Of a DNA stretch of 64,000 bases, positions 38,908 through 51,118 are shown piece by piece (within the stretch, counting starts at the first letter, position 1; each line of letters begins with the position of its first letter). A model generated the notes under the pieces. It saw only the letters and a program-made list of their open reading frames with translations. It had not been told where the DNA came from and did not search any database. A program made the position numbers and the translations under genes. The stretch lies in the NCBI RefSeq assembly GCF_004010195.1, contig NC_057715.1, forward strand, positions 120,447,673-120,511,672, given 5' to 3'. This DNA is from Chiloscyllium plagiosum. Lineage: Eukaryota.

Positions 38908-39746
38908 CTACAATTCCAACACAAAAATCAGAATTGGTGCTTTAGGAAAATTACTTCTCAAAAAATCAAAAATTAAAACAATCACTTTAGGGAAAACCTT
39001 GCACAAAGTTATGTCCAGAGTTTGGAGAAGGTAAAATTAGTCTTTGAAGAGATAAGCGTTTGGATTAATTTGATCAGATTCATGAATAAGTAAGGAGAAA
39101 TTGTTTTAATTGACATAGGAGCTGGTATTTAGAGGACAAAATATTTGGGATAATTACCAAAAGAAGCAGTGGGGGTTGGGGTTTGGAGGGGTGTAGTGGC
39201 TGCTAAGATCTTCAACACAAGGAGGTATGATTTAGAACACACTGCCTGAAAGTGGGGTGGAAGCACATTCAACAGGAACTTTCAAAAGGAAATTGGATAA
39301 ATACTTGAAAGGAAGAACATTTGCAAGATCATAAGGTAAATGAAGAAGGACTTGAAATTGAAGAGCAAAGAAAACTCTCAGTGACGTTCAGAAAAGAGAA
39401 TGGCAGTATGTTAGCTATTTGAAAGTCTGCAGGCATCTCTCCTACAAGTAAAGTGCAGGGCAGCAGAAAGAGGGTAGGCCTGGAATGACAAACATCACAG
39501 TAGTTACAGTTGGGTGACAATGGATGTTTGAGAATGGCACAAGACAGATGAGTATTGCATACCATGATAGCAGATCCCCTGGCATAGATTGAATGGGATA
39601 ATGGGGTAGATGGCTCTCTCAAAAATTTGGCAAAGGCATGATGGGCCAAATAACCTTTTTCTGAGCTGCAAAGTTCTGTTGCAAAAACTTAATTTTAAAG
39701 AAAAGAAATTGGCGATTACGGATTATTTTGTGCATTTTTTGCTTAC

Positions 39747-39940
39747 CCAGTCAACAACATCCTTTACAATCCCCAACCAATAATATCGGCTTTGAATTCT
39801 GTGCACGGTCTTTTTCTGGCCCAAGTGGCAGCCAATATCAGAGAAATGACATTCCAAGAATATCTGTCGTCGCTTCTCACGATCTGCCACCACTTCTCTC
39901 TTCTCGTCCTTCTTTGGCCCCACATAGTACAAACAACCAC
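39747..39940 (-). CDS. GIN2: GIN2-like exon 2 (GGCLYYVGPKKDEKREVVADREKRRQIFLECHFSDIGCHLGQKKTVHRIQSRYYWLGIVKDVVDW)
   Basis: 194 nt, phase 1 to 0, AAG/GTAAG boundaries; the two His of the HHCC zinc finger plus the HLG..KT...I..RYYW motif. Confidence 0.92.
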
Positions 39941-40454
39941 CTTAAAATGACACAATATACGTCACTACAAAAGACTGCACACCAACCAATAATACAGCTG
40001 GGCATTAATCTGCGATAGGTCTTTGATCAGGGATCAATAAACGTTTTATGTTATTGACTCTATTCCAAATTTTTTTCACAAATACTTACACAAATAATGT
40101 TACAATGAAATGTCAAAGATTCCCCTCCATTCCCAGCAGCTTATGAAATTGTCTACACAACACTCCCAAACTTCTGCTCTAAAAGAACTCTTCTTTAGAC
40201 CCATTCACCTGACACACTTCATTTTCCTGAAGTGAATCAAGTAATGCATCTTTTTTCCTAATGTACAATAGATGAAGGGCTGAATAGCTGGCTGTTGTCC
40301 ATGTTTGTGTCCAGATCACAATTTTCCCCAACAACCGCAATAAATTACTTAAATATGATTTCCCTTTGGCACAGCCTAATTACCTTGAACTTAACCACTG
40401 TCTTGTTATAACATCTTCAAGAATAGTTTCTAACGTTGTCCCTATGACAGGAAT

Positions 40455-41035
40455 GTATGTGTAGTTCTGGTTGCCACACTATACGAAGGACAAGATTGCA
40501 TGGGAGAAGGTGCAGAGGAGATTCATCAGGATGTCATCTGAGATGAAAAGTCTCAGTTACAAGGAGAGACTGGACAGGCTGGGTTTCTGTTTTCCTGGAT
40601 CAGAGGACGACGAGCTGGAGCTGGACCGGGAAGGTGATCTGATTTTGAGAGGCATAGAGAGAGGAGATTGTGCGAATCTCTTCCCCATGGCAAACGTGTA
40701 GAGGGGATCTGAGGAACATAGAACAATACAGCACAGAACAGGCCCTTCGGCCCACGATGTTGTGCCGAACATTTGTCCTAGCGTAAGCACCTATCCATGT
40801 ACCTATCCAAATTGTTTTTCACAGAGGACGGTAGATTATGGAACACGCAGTCTGAGAGGGTGGTGGAGGCAGGTACTCTCACAATATTTAAGAAACCTCT
40901 GGATGAGCACTTAAACTGCCAGTGTATCGCATGCTACAGATTAAACACAAGTGAATGGGATTAGTATAGTTTGGTGTTTGTTAGTCAGCATAGACATGGT
41001 GGGCTGAAGAGCCTGTTCTGTGACTGTATACTGTG
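40455..41035 (+). mobile_element. CR1 3' fragment with a nested inverted CR1 tail (about 40713-40810)
   Basis: WEKVQRRFIRM and LSYKERL remnants; the nested segment is the reverse complement of 43465-43562. Confidence 0.7.
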
Positions 41036-41701
41036 AGCCAAAGTGTCAGAGAAGTGGAAGCTTCACTAAGTGGTCTGTACAAGATAATTAGGATAAACAT
41101 GGAATTGTTTGCATCACATGAATGCTGCAACTCAAAAGAGAGAAAGTACTGGAAATACTCAGAACCTGAAACATTAATACTATTGCTTTCCCTGTAGATG
41201 CTGCCAGAATTGTCAGCATCTCTGGCATACACCTGAGCTGCTGGAGGAGGTGGTATGAAAGTGGCTGCTTAGAGTAAACTGGAAATAAACCCAGAGAGTG
41301 GTGAGGATTTGGAATCCACAACCTGAGTGTAGTTGAGCTGAATATTTTGGATGGATTTAAAGAGAGCTGAACATAGTTACAAGGAGAAAGGAACTGAAGA
41401 TTAAATTGATTGGAGTGAGATGAAGTGGGAATGGAAGGATGTTAGTGTGTAGCACAAGCAAAAACCAGAAGGGCCAAATGGTCGTCTGTTTGGGAGCAGT
41501 TACTGAATGCGTAAAGATTTAACTGTTCACTTATCATAGGGGGAGAGAGAGATTAACACAGAGATATCAAGCATCAAAACAAGGGACAGAAACACTTAAT
41601 TCTCGTCAACAAAGCATAGACCAGAAAACCAGTGAAAATGAAAAGATGCTTTCATCAGAATGAATTTTATTTCAGATGATTTGAATTTATTGGAGCTTGG
41701 G

Positions 41702-41938
41702 GGGACACGGTGGCACAGTGGTTAGCACTCAGCCTCACAGCGCCAGAGACCCGGGTTCAATTCCCGCCTCAGGCGACTGACTGTGTGGAGTTTGCACATT
41801 CTCCCCGTGTCTGCGTGGGTTTCCTCCGGGTGCTCCGGTTTCCTCCCACAGTCCAAAGATGTGCTTTGGCGGGTTGGTGTGGACTTGTTGGGCCGAAGGG
41901 CCTGTTTCCACACTGTAAGTAATCTAATCTAATCTAAT
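41702..41938 (+). mobile_element. HE1-like SINE in GIN2 intron 1
   Basis: GGTGGCACAGTGGTTAG...GGGTTCAATTCCC head; (AATCT)n tail. Confidence 0.9.
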
Positions 41939-42256
41939 CCCTCAACCCTATACCTGACCCCTCCCTTGGGAGGATCCCTGGAGGGACCCCCCGCATCAGC
42001 ATCAGCCTTCCATTGAGACACCACTGGATTAACCCCCTGCCCTGAAGGAGTCTGCCCCACACAGACCAGGGGAATCCCCATTCCCATTCCCATTCCCATT
42101 CCCACCTCTGAGACAGCTCCACCGAGGGGTCACCCCTCCATACACTGAGGGGAACATCCCCCCCCCCCGAGGGGGACACATTCCGCCCCCTCACCGAAAC
42201 CCTGAGGGACACACAGTGTTCCCGTCGCCGCCCACCCCCCGGACAGTGTCTCTCAC

Positions 42257-42383
42257 CTTCCAGCTGGAATTTCTGTGCATACCGCTTCAGGTTCTTCTTC
42301 TTCGCCGGGCAGAAGGTGGAGGGGAAGCGGCCATCGGACAGGTACCGCTGGATGTCCCCAAACTTACTGCCCGGCTCGGCCAT
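42257..42383 (-). CDS. GIN2: Gypsy integrase-like gene (GIN2-like), exon 1 (MAEPGSKFGDIQRYLSDGRFPSTFCPAKKKNLKRYAQKFQLE)
   Basis: GCCATGG Kozak context inside a CpG island; 127 nt; GTGAG donor; YL..GxFP...K..LKR.A.KF resembles the N-terminal motif of GIN/Ginger integrases. Confidence 0.85.
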
Positions 42384-42545
42384 GGCGACTCCGGCCTGGA
42401 GGGGGCGGACCCCTGCTCGATTCCCCGCCCTCCAGCGGAGCCCGGAACTCTTTCCGAGCGGACCGGAAACACCCGGATGGGTTTCGCCGTCGCACAGCCG
42501 GAAGTGAGCGAGGAATCGTCGCCTGAGCAACGGGGTAGCCAGTGT
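42384..42545 (-). promoter_or_regulatory. CpG-island promoter and 5' UTR of the GIN2-like gene
   Basis: GC/CpG-rich segment with clustered CCGGA cores, including CCGGAAGTG (ETS/GABPA consensus) at 42498-42506, and a GGGGCGG GC-box. Confidence 0.65.
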
Positions 42546-43319
42546 GACCAGACTTGCATTCCTGTAGCCTCCCCAAATTACGTCTCAGACAAAATAAAAA
42601 TCATAGCTACAGAAATATTTTTAATTCCTTCAGACAGAGAAACCCCATGTCTCTAGTTCAAACTTCAAAAGTCCAAAATGTACAATATATGATCAGACCT
42701 TTCCCCAAAGAAGAATGAAAATGAGTCTTTAACAGGTATTTTCATTACTCAAAAATTGTCTTAACATTATTTCTATGTCACATCAGCAAAAGTAACAAGT
42801 TGACATTAAACATAATGAGTTACACAGCAACCATATTTCAAACTAATTCATGGGCCCTACATCACTCGGTGCCTTTCACATGTCTTTTCAATAAATGATC
42901 CCCTATAACATTGTCTTTTCCAGGCACGTGAATAAGTTTCAAATTACACGATTGAAAAATTACACAAGTTGATCTGTGACAGATTGTGAGTGTCCAATTC
43001 ATTGAACTGAAATAGTTGTCAGTTTTTGTGCTGAAATATTCCTAAGATGATCAAAGGATTGTGGTCCATATAACTAATAGTTTCTTCAATATTGTTGATG
43101 TAAATTTCAAAATGATGGAGAGCTATCACAAGATTCATTTTTCTCCTTTACCGCTACATAACTGACTGGCTGGTTGATGTCCATCTTGCCATAAAACAGC
43201 CCCTACACCAAGGTCACTGGCATTAATGGTTTGAATGGCCTTATAATTTGGCATGGCTAAAACTGGCATGTTATCACATCTTTTAAGTTTTCAAAAGCAC
43301 TTTGACACTCATGTCTATT

Positions 43320-43575
43320 CAAGGGGACATAAATTTAAGGTGAAGGGTGGAAGGTATAGGGGAGATGTCAGGGGTGGGTTCTTTACCCAGAGAGTGGTGG
43401 GGGCATGGAATGCGCTGCTTGTGGGAGTGGCAGAGTCAGAATCTTTAGTGACCTTTAAGCGGCAATTGGATGGGTACATGGATGGGTGCTTAAGCTAGGA
43501 CAAATGTTCGGCACAACATCGTAGGCCGAAGGGCCTGTTCTGTGCTGTATTGTTCTATGTTCTATCTATGTTCTA
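43320..43575 (+). mobile_element. Young CR1 3' end nested in the Gmr1 RT/RH region
   Basis: RGHKFKVKGGRYRGDVRGGFFTQRVVGAWNAL and a (TTCTATG)n tail. Confidence 0.85.
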
Positions 43576-45100
43576 ACTCTCTGCCTTTTTTTGAACAAAT
43601 ATCTATTAAAGATGTAACTCTGGTACTGAAGTTCACAATAAACCTACTATAAAATGCACTCATGCCATGTTTCATCCTCAGCACAGGAAATCCAAAATAG
43701 CCCATACTCTCACTTCTCTAGAGGCTACTTGGTATTGGACTACAATGTGGCCGAAATAAGTCACTTTTGCCTTGGCAAATCCACTTTTCACCAGTTTTAC
43801 AACCAAATTAACTTTCTGTAGCCAATTAATCGATTCAGTCAAGTGGTATAAATGTTGTCCTAAAGTTTGGCTAAAAACAACCATTACACAGTCCTTTAAT
43901 TAGTTCATTGGTTAATTATTATTTAATTATTGAAACAGTGTTGGTACATAGTCCATTCGCAACGGCATGATTTTACATTGATAAAGTCCATCTGGTGTTA
44001 CAAAAGCTGATATTTCTTTAGCTCACTTAGTCAACCAAACTTGCAAGTATAATTTTTGTGACAAATTGTGAATGTCCAATTCATTCAATGCAGTCTTCCA
44101 GTCTCGGAAGAGGATAGAAGACTGTTTTTGTTACAATATTGACTTTGTGATAATCAATACAAAATCTTTGTGATCCATTCAGTTTGGCACCATCCCAGTA
44201 GGTGAGGTTGAGCTATGACTTCAATCACTTATATAATTGTCCATCACATACTTAATCTTTTCCATCACTTGAGCTAATCTGAGTATATCGAGTCTGAACG
44301 GGTGTAGTTTTATAGGTAGTGCATCTCTCACATTATCAGGAACAGTCAAAAAGATTTTTCCAAGCATATTTATGATGCTGTAATAGCCTTCGAGAGTCAC
44401 CTCAATAGCATCAGATTTGATTCTTTAAGCATGTTTCTAATCTGATTATCAGAGGATCAAATTTTGACTTTTCATTTTCTGATTCATTATCTAATTATTC
44501 TGATATTTCTATTTCACTCTATTTCTTTCACCAAATAAAATACACTTTTCTCCTCACTATCCTTCTGTCACAATTTATTTTCATGAAATCAACATGGCAC
44601 ACTTTCTGAATCGTTCTCTTGTCTGGAATATTCATTATGTAATTCACATTATTGCGTTTCTTTTTGATTCTAGAAGGTCCAGTTAAACTTGCCTTATTTC
44701 TTCCCCAAGACTAACACTTTGCCTCCTGTGACAAAATTTTTAACTTTGACCTGTTCATCTGGTGTAGCTTTTGTTGTGATTAGCACCCTTGAAATATTGT
44801 CTAGCCAACCCTCATATTCTAGTCAGATTCTCTCTGAAACAGGGTTGGAAGCGTAGTCACTGAGGTTCATCTCTTTAATAAATTTAAGCGGTCATCTTCC
44901 ACATCCATGTATTACTTCAAAAGAACTAAATCCATTGTATTCATCCAGAGTGCCCCTAAAGATAAATAGCAATGTTGGAATTCCTTTATCCCATTCATTA
45001 TGATATTCTTGCCAATAAGCTCTAATCATGGTCTTCAAAGTTTGATGCTATTGTTCCAGTGCACCTTAATATAGTGGGTGGTAAGCAAAAGATGTATGTT

Positions 45101-46591
45101 ATCACCTTATCATCACCATGGACATCCAGTACCTATACACCTCCATCCCCCATCACAAAGGACTCAAAGCCCTCCGCTTCTTCCTTTCCCGCCGACCCAA
45201 CCAGTACCCTTCCACTGACACTCTCCTTTGACTGACTGAACTGGTCCTCACCCTGAACAACTTCTCTTTCCAATCCTCCCACTTCCTCCAAACCAAAGGA
45301 GTAGCCATGGGCACCCGCATGGGCCCCAGCTATGCCTGCCTCTTCGTTGGATATGTGGAACAATACATCTTCCGCAGCTACACTGGCACCACCCCCCACC
45401 TTTTCCTCCGCTACATCGTTGACTGTATCGGCGCNNNNNNNNNNNNNNNNNNNNNNNNNNNNNNNNNNNNNNNNNNNNNNNNNNNNNNNNNNNNNNNNNN
45501 NNNNNNNNNNNNNNNNNNNNNNNNNNNNNNNNNNNNNNNNNNNNNNNNNNNNNNNNNNNNNNNNNNNNNNNNNNNNNNNNNNNNNNNNNNNNNNNNNNNN
45601 NNNNNNNNNNNNNNNNNNNNNNNNNNNNNNNNNNNNNNNNNNNNNNNNNNNNNNNNNNNNNNNNNNNNNNNNNNNNNNNNNNNNNNNNNNNNNNNNNNNN
45701 NNNNNNNNNNNNNNNNNNNNNNNNNNNNNNNNNNNNNNNNNNNNNNNNNNNNNNNNNNNNNNNNNNNNNNNNNNNNNNNNNNNNNNNNNNNNNNNNNNNN
45801 NNNNNNNNNNNNNNNNNNNNNNNNNNNNNNNNNNNNNNNNNNNNNNNNNNNNNNNNNNNNNNNNNNNNNNNNNNNNNNNNNNNNNNNNNNNNNNNNNNNN
45901 NNNNNNNNNNNNNNNNNNNNNNNNNNNNNNNNNNNNNNNNNNNNNNNNNNNNNNNNNNNNNNNNNNNNNNNNNNNNNNNNNNNNNNNNNNNNNNNNNNNN
46001 NNNNNNNNNNNNNNNNNNNNNNNNNNNNNNNNNNNNNNNNNNNNNNNNNNNNNNNNNNNNNNNNNNNNNNNNNNNNNNNNNNNNNNNNNNNNNNNNNNNN
46101 NNNNNNNNNNNNNNNNNNNNNNNNNNNNNNNNNNNNNNNNNNNNNNNNNNNNNNNNNNNNNNNNNNNNNNNNNNNNNNNNNNNNNNNNNNNNNNNNNNNN
46201 NNNNNNNNNNNNNNNNNNNNNNNNNNNNNNNNNNNNNNNNNNNNNNNNNNNNNNNNNNNNNNNNNNNNNNNNNNNNNNNNNNNNNNNNNNNNNNNNNNNN
46301 NNNNNNNNNNNNNNNNNNNNNNNNNNNNNNNNNNNNNNNNNNNNNNNNNNNNNNNNNNNNNNNNNNNNNNNNNNNNNNNNNNNNNNNNNNNNTATCACCC
46401 TCACCTTGACCTCCTTCCACCTATCGCATTCCCAACGCCCTTCCCCCAAGTCCCTCCTCCCTACCTTTTATCTTAGCCTGCTTGGCACACCCTCCTCATT
46501 CCTGAAGAAGGGCTTATGCCCGAAATGTCAATTCTCCTGCTCCTTGGATGCTGCCTGACCTGCTCCGCTTTTCCAGCAATACATTTTTCAG
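45101..46591 (+). mobile_element. Penelope-like element inserted into the Gmr1 integrase (interior in a gap)
   Basis: RT motifs MDIQYLYTSIPH, QTKGVAMGTRMGPSYACLF and FLRYIVDCIG; 3' end carries CTGAAGA-AGGGCTTATGCCC-GAAA; TSD AAGATG(T/C)ATGTT at 45089-45100 and 46592-46603. Confidence 0.85.
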
Positions 46592-47757
46592 AAGATGCAT
46601 GTTGTTTTATTCCCACTTAGTCATTAGTTGTTTGAGTATTTGTGACATATTCCTTGATCAGACAACATTCTTTGGAGTACCATAGCTTGCAAAACTTTGA
46701 ACTAACTTTTACACTACCGTATATAGTAATTTTCCATAAAGACACTGCACCCAGAAATATTTCGGAAACATCCATAATTATTAGAAAACCCTGGTTTTAG
46801 GCAGGGCTGTACACAATGTATTAAGACCCTGCCAAACTGTTTTTCAGAAGTTAGTATTAGAACTAAAGGTGCAGGTTTAATTGAAAATTGAAGTTTCCCT
46901 ACTACTTGGTATGGCTGGCTAAATTTGATTACACCTTTATGTAATCCTGGACAATAAAATGTTTTAATATTTTAGCGTGTGTCTTCCCAACATCCAAATT
47001 GGAATATGTGAAACACTTGTAAAATATTTTTACGAACCACCACCTGATGGACCATTGCCCATTGCTCTTGGCTGGTATTTGAGGTAGTTGCTGTTTTCTC
47101 ACTAATACTTTGTCTTTCAAATCATGACACTCAGGTATTGTTTGTGATTCAGTTTCTGAGTCAGCCGTTTCATATAACTGTCAATTCCAAATCCGTTTGT
47201 TGCATTTCTATTAAAGAAGATTAGCTAAACATGGCAGCCTCATTCACTTTACCTTTATTCTGTTATATTAAATTTTCAAAAACTGTATCAAATAACTGAA
47301 TTTCAAAACCAACTCCCTGTTTCAGACTCCTTTAGTTCCTGTCTAATTCTACAGGCCTGAGATCTAGGCACAACAGAATTAGTAGTAATCAGGACGTTCC
47401 TCTTGTAACATTCATTGGTTGTTCTGCTGCTCTTGCTGAAGCCAATATTCTTGAACCTGCCAGATCATTCCTCAAAATAAAATAAATTCCTTTTTTTAGG
47501 AATTCACTTTACTACTCCTAATACAACTTTTCCATTCAACAAGTCACTCTGTAATCAACTCTGTATAATGTTTTTTCTTAATTTCCATGTATACCTTTCA
47601 TTAAATTTTTCTTCTTCTTCAACCCCCTCTAGAAAACAAATAGAACTATCAGCCAGGACTTCTTGTAGTCCTAAATTTTAGCTGATAAATGTCAGACTCA
47701 AGCTCATAAGCATTGAGTATTGCCTCTTTAATATACTCTGCAGATTAGTTTTACAAC

Positions 47758-48693
47758 TGTTACATGGTAAGAGTTGTACTTGTCAAAACACTGCAGAGAC
47801 TGTAACTCTACTTTTCTTTATTTTTCACTGGGGACCCTTTTGGGAAAAGGACTATGTTACAGAAAGGACCAAGGAAGGAGTTGCTGTACTTTTGTAAAGC
47901 ATGTAACTGAAACTCATTGTTGGTGGTGTTTACACTGCTGCTTTATTCAAGCAGCAGGGGAAGATATGGATAGATGGTTCAACTCTGGAGGTCTGTGTAG
48001 ACAGTGAGTTTTGGCTGGTAACAGGTTGCTGATTGGTTTGTGGAATTGTGATCAGTTATGGATAAAGCCATCAGCTTGACAACCATCTGATTGGCTCCCG
48101 TGCAGTTGAACAGCTCGTGGATGTGAACGATAATGGCAGAAGCTTTTGGATTGCTGCCAGAGCAGATGACATGCCTCTCTCTCCAATAAACACCTAAAGC
48201 CTGAATAAAACCTGTTTATTTTGTCCTACCAATTGCTGTAAACTTACTGAGACTTTATAATTTGTGAATCAATTGTTCTTTGTCTCCTGCAAATAAGTAA
48301 AATAACTGAAGGATTTGAGAAATTGAGGAACTCCTCCATCCAATCCTGAGGACTTGTGCCATTGAACTGCTTCCTCAGTTTTTTTACCTTCCACATTTTT
48401 ATGTGTGTCTCTATGTATGTGTGAAGGGGGTTTCAGAATGGAGTTTAGGTTTTAACTAGTAGAGTTATCAGTTGACATTTCACTGTTGTTTCCGTCTTTA
48501 GAATCAATATATGTAATAAATAGTAATTCTTGTTAAGTACACAGTCACTTTGTCTGTACTTTCTGTTAAGCTGGGTATCTTTTACAAGTAATTGAGGGAT
48601 TTTTGTGGAGTTAGATAAAATCTTTAACTTTTGTGATGAATACAGGAATATTGGGGCTTGATTTCCAGTGGTCTACCCCAGTGAGGTGTAACA
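47758..48693 (+). mobile_element. Probable solo LTR nested in the Gmr1-type element
   Basis: Terminal inverted TGTTAC...GTAACA, about 940 bp, internal AATAAA signals, no coding capacity; no clean TSD. Confidence 0.5.
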
Positions 48694-51118
48694 ATATTCT
48701 AACGTTAAAGGTCAAACCTCTTCTGGCTACTTCACCGGTCCGGCTACCTGAGGTAAATAAATTTTGACACTATCCTCCATAAATTTAGATACAAATAATA
48801 GATTCTTGATTATATCAAATTCCTCACTGGAATCACAATAACCTCTGAGCTACTACCTCCTTCATCCTTCCTTATTCTAAGCTTTACTTTAGCCAATTCA
48901 TGTTGTAGAAAGTTCTCTTTGCAGTTAAAATTTTTAAAAATGCTAGATTCCTTTTCACTTCTCTCTGCTTTGTTTTTCATTAATTTCCTTTATCCTTCAT
49001 TTTTCCTTTCTTTCCATTTTAAGTTTTCTTAACTCTATGTCTCTTACGCTATGTTGGTACTTTCATTTCTAACAATATTTTAGCTAATTCCAGTCATGAC
49101 ATCTTAATTTCAGGTCTCCTTTCTTCCAGTTATAAATGTTGATAATCACTGAAAACACCTCAATTGAAAAATATCCTGCTTTTATTTCTACCTTCAATGT
49201 ATCACCAATTCTCAGCTTAGCTTTAGTCAAAAGTTTTAAATAATTCTTTTTATATCTTCCACTTCGAGAACTTAGCAACGTTCAAATCCACATTCAAATT
49301 CCATACCTTGGAACTTCACCACAATATAGCAGCTTTATGTCCAGAACTGCCACCCACTCATTACTTTTAAAAAGAAAGCTATAGACCTGTCTGAATTCCA
49401 GCAAATTCAAAAATCCAACCAAGAGTTCCCAACCGTTATGACCCAGCTGATGTTATTACTGGATGAGTCAAATTCGAGTCTGAAACCTGGCCTGGTAGAT
49501 CACATTCTATTTTGGTTTTAATCACATGATCTTTCACTGGAACACAAACACGAAATGCTGTAGATTCAGGTTTAACAATAAAACAGAAGTTTATTACACA
49601 AAAGAAATGAAGATTAAAAAAAGAACACACTACTTACATATATCACAATTTTAGAGATTTTGGAACAGTGAGGTATAATCCACATCAATCCTTAAAGCCT
49701 TTCTTTACAGTACTCACACCAAAGAGAATTTATTTCTATTTCATACCTTTAAGGTTTTATTTAACAGGGGCTTCAATGCCCTGTCTCTTCAGCCTCTTCC
49801 TGGAGTCTTCTTACAATTGAGTTTAGACATTTTCAGTTTGAAATGACTCATCTAAGGTTTTAATCAAACAGTTCTGGTCTCAAACTTTTAAACTAAACTC
49901 CTTAAATGGCAATAACTTCTTCCTTAGCAGTTCTCAACAACCTCCCTTTCTCAAGAGCAACATATTCAGCTTCAGCCAAGACTTCGGCAAACTGCCTCAA
50001 ATTTAAACCAAAATGCTTTTTACTCCATGTTATGTTTTCCCAAGTCCCCAAAAAGTTTCCAGAACCTTCTATTTGAAACCTAATGCACTATGCTGTTTAA
50101 TTTGTTCTCTTGTATTCTTTCTCAAATTAAACCAATTCCTATTATTCTCTTGGAACTATGTCTCACAGATAGTTTTAAAACAAAGAAATCATCGTGGTTA
50201 CAGAAATACTTGGAATTTAATCATAAAACCATCTTCAGGCACATAGAAGACACATATACCACTAGTCCAACATTCAAAAGTCCATAATAAACCAAATTAA
50301 AATATATATTAATCACATATCTTACATCACATCTGCCCACTGTAACCAAGCCCCTCATTATTTTGTACCCCTCAATTAAGTCACCTCTCAGACTCTTTTC
50401 TTAGGAAAACAACCCGTAAAATATCAAATCTGTTCTCATGGATACAATTTTCAAGTCCTTGTGACATTCTTGTAAATCTCCTCTGTACACCTCCTACAGC
50501 AATCACAATTCTCCTGTAATTCAGGCAGTGCACAAAACTCCAGGTGTGGTATAATGGTTTGTTTATACAATTCCACCATTACATCCCTGCTTTTGTATTT
50601 GATAACTTGCTTTTTGAANNNNNNNNNNNNNNNNNNNNNNNNNNNNNNNNNNNNNNNNNNNNNNNNNNNNNNNNNNNNNNNNNNNNNNNNNNNNNNNNNN
50701 NNNNNNNNNNNNNNNNNNNNNNNNNNNNNNNNNNNNNNNNNNNNNNNNNNNNNNNNNNNNNNNNNNNNNNNNNNNNNNNNNNNNNNNNNNNNNNNNNNNN
50801 NNNNNNNNNNNNNNNNNNNNNNNNNNNNNNNNNNNNNNNNNNNNNNNNNNNNNNNNNNNNNNNNNNNNNNNNNNNNNNNNNNNNNNNNNNNNNNNNNNNN
50901 NNNNNNNNNNNNNNNNNNNNNNNNNNNNNNNNNNNNNNNNNNNNNNNNNNNNNNNNNNNNNNNNNNNNNNNNNNNNNNNNNNNNNNNNNNNNNNNNNNNN
51001 NNNNNNNNNNNNNNNNNNNNNNNNNNNNNNNNNNNNNNNNNNNNNNNNNNNNNNNNNNNNNNNNNNNNNNNNNNNNNNNNNNNNNNNNNNNNNNNNNNNN
51101 NNNNNNNNNNNNNNNNNN

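Larger units (their letters stand above)
42570..50331 (-). mobile_element. Decayed Gmr1-type Ty3/gypsy LTR retrotransposon (order INT-RT-RH) with nested insertions
   Basis: Minus-strand remnants in order: integrase (YQVVGKLQFSIKPAPL at about 46900; AYHP..GALEQ.HQTLKTMIRAY...WDKGI at about 45090-44950), then RT (PIKLHPFR, RFCIDYHKVN, YPLPRLEDCI, AKAKVTYFGHIV at 44330-43700), then RNase H (DHNPL at about 43060). 5' LTR at about 49434-50331 followed by a degenerate PBS-like TGGGAACTC; purine-rich PPT-like GGGGAAAGG at about 42698-42706 followed by a 3' LTR remnant similar to 50160-50315. Confidence 0.8.

Noticed and set aside
41702-41775. tRNA gene (also 18860-18932 and 63670-63735)
   Set aside because: The A and B boxes belong to SINE heads followed by the SINE body and a CR1-like tail; there is no complete cloverleaf.
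41934-42530. 198-aa single-exon ORF
   Set aside because: Only 42257-42383 looks coding; the rest is GC-rich leader and intron read-through past a good GTGAG donor into (TGGGAA)n and SINE sequence.
31575-50331. GIN2-like gene as the integrase of the adjacent LTR element
   Set aside because: The LTR element has its own decayed, intronless integrase at about 44560-47120. The GIN2-like gene lies outside the 3' LTR and has seven introns, its own CpG promoter and a different motif set.
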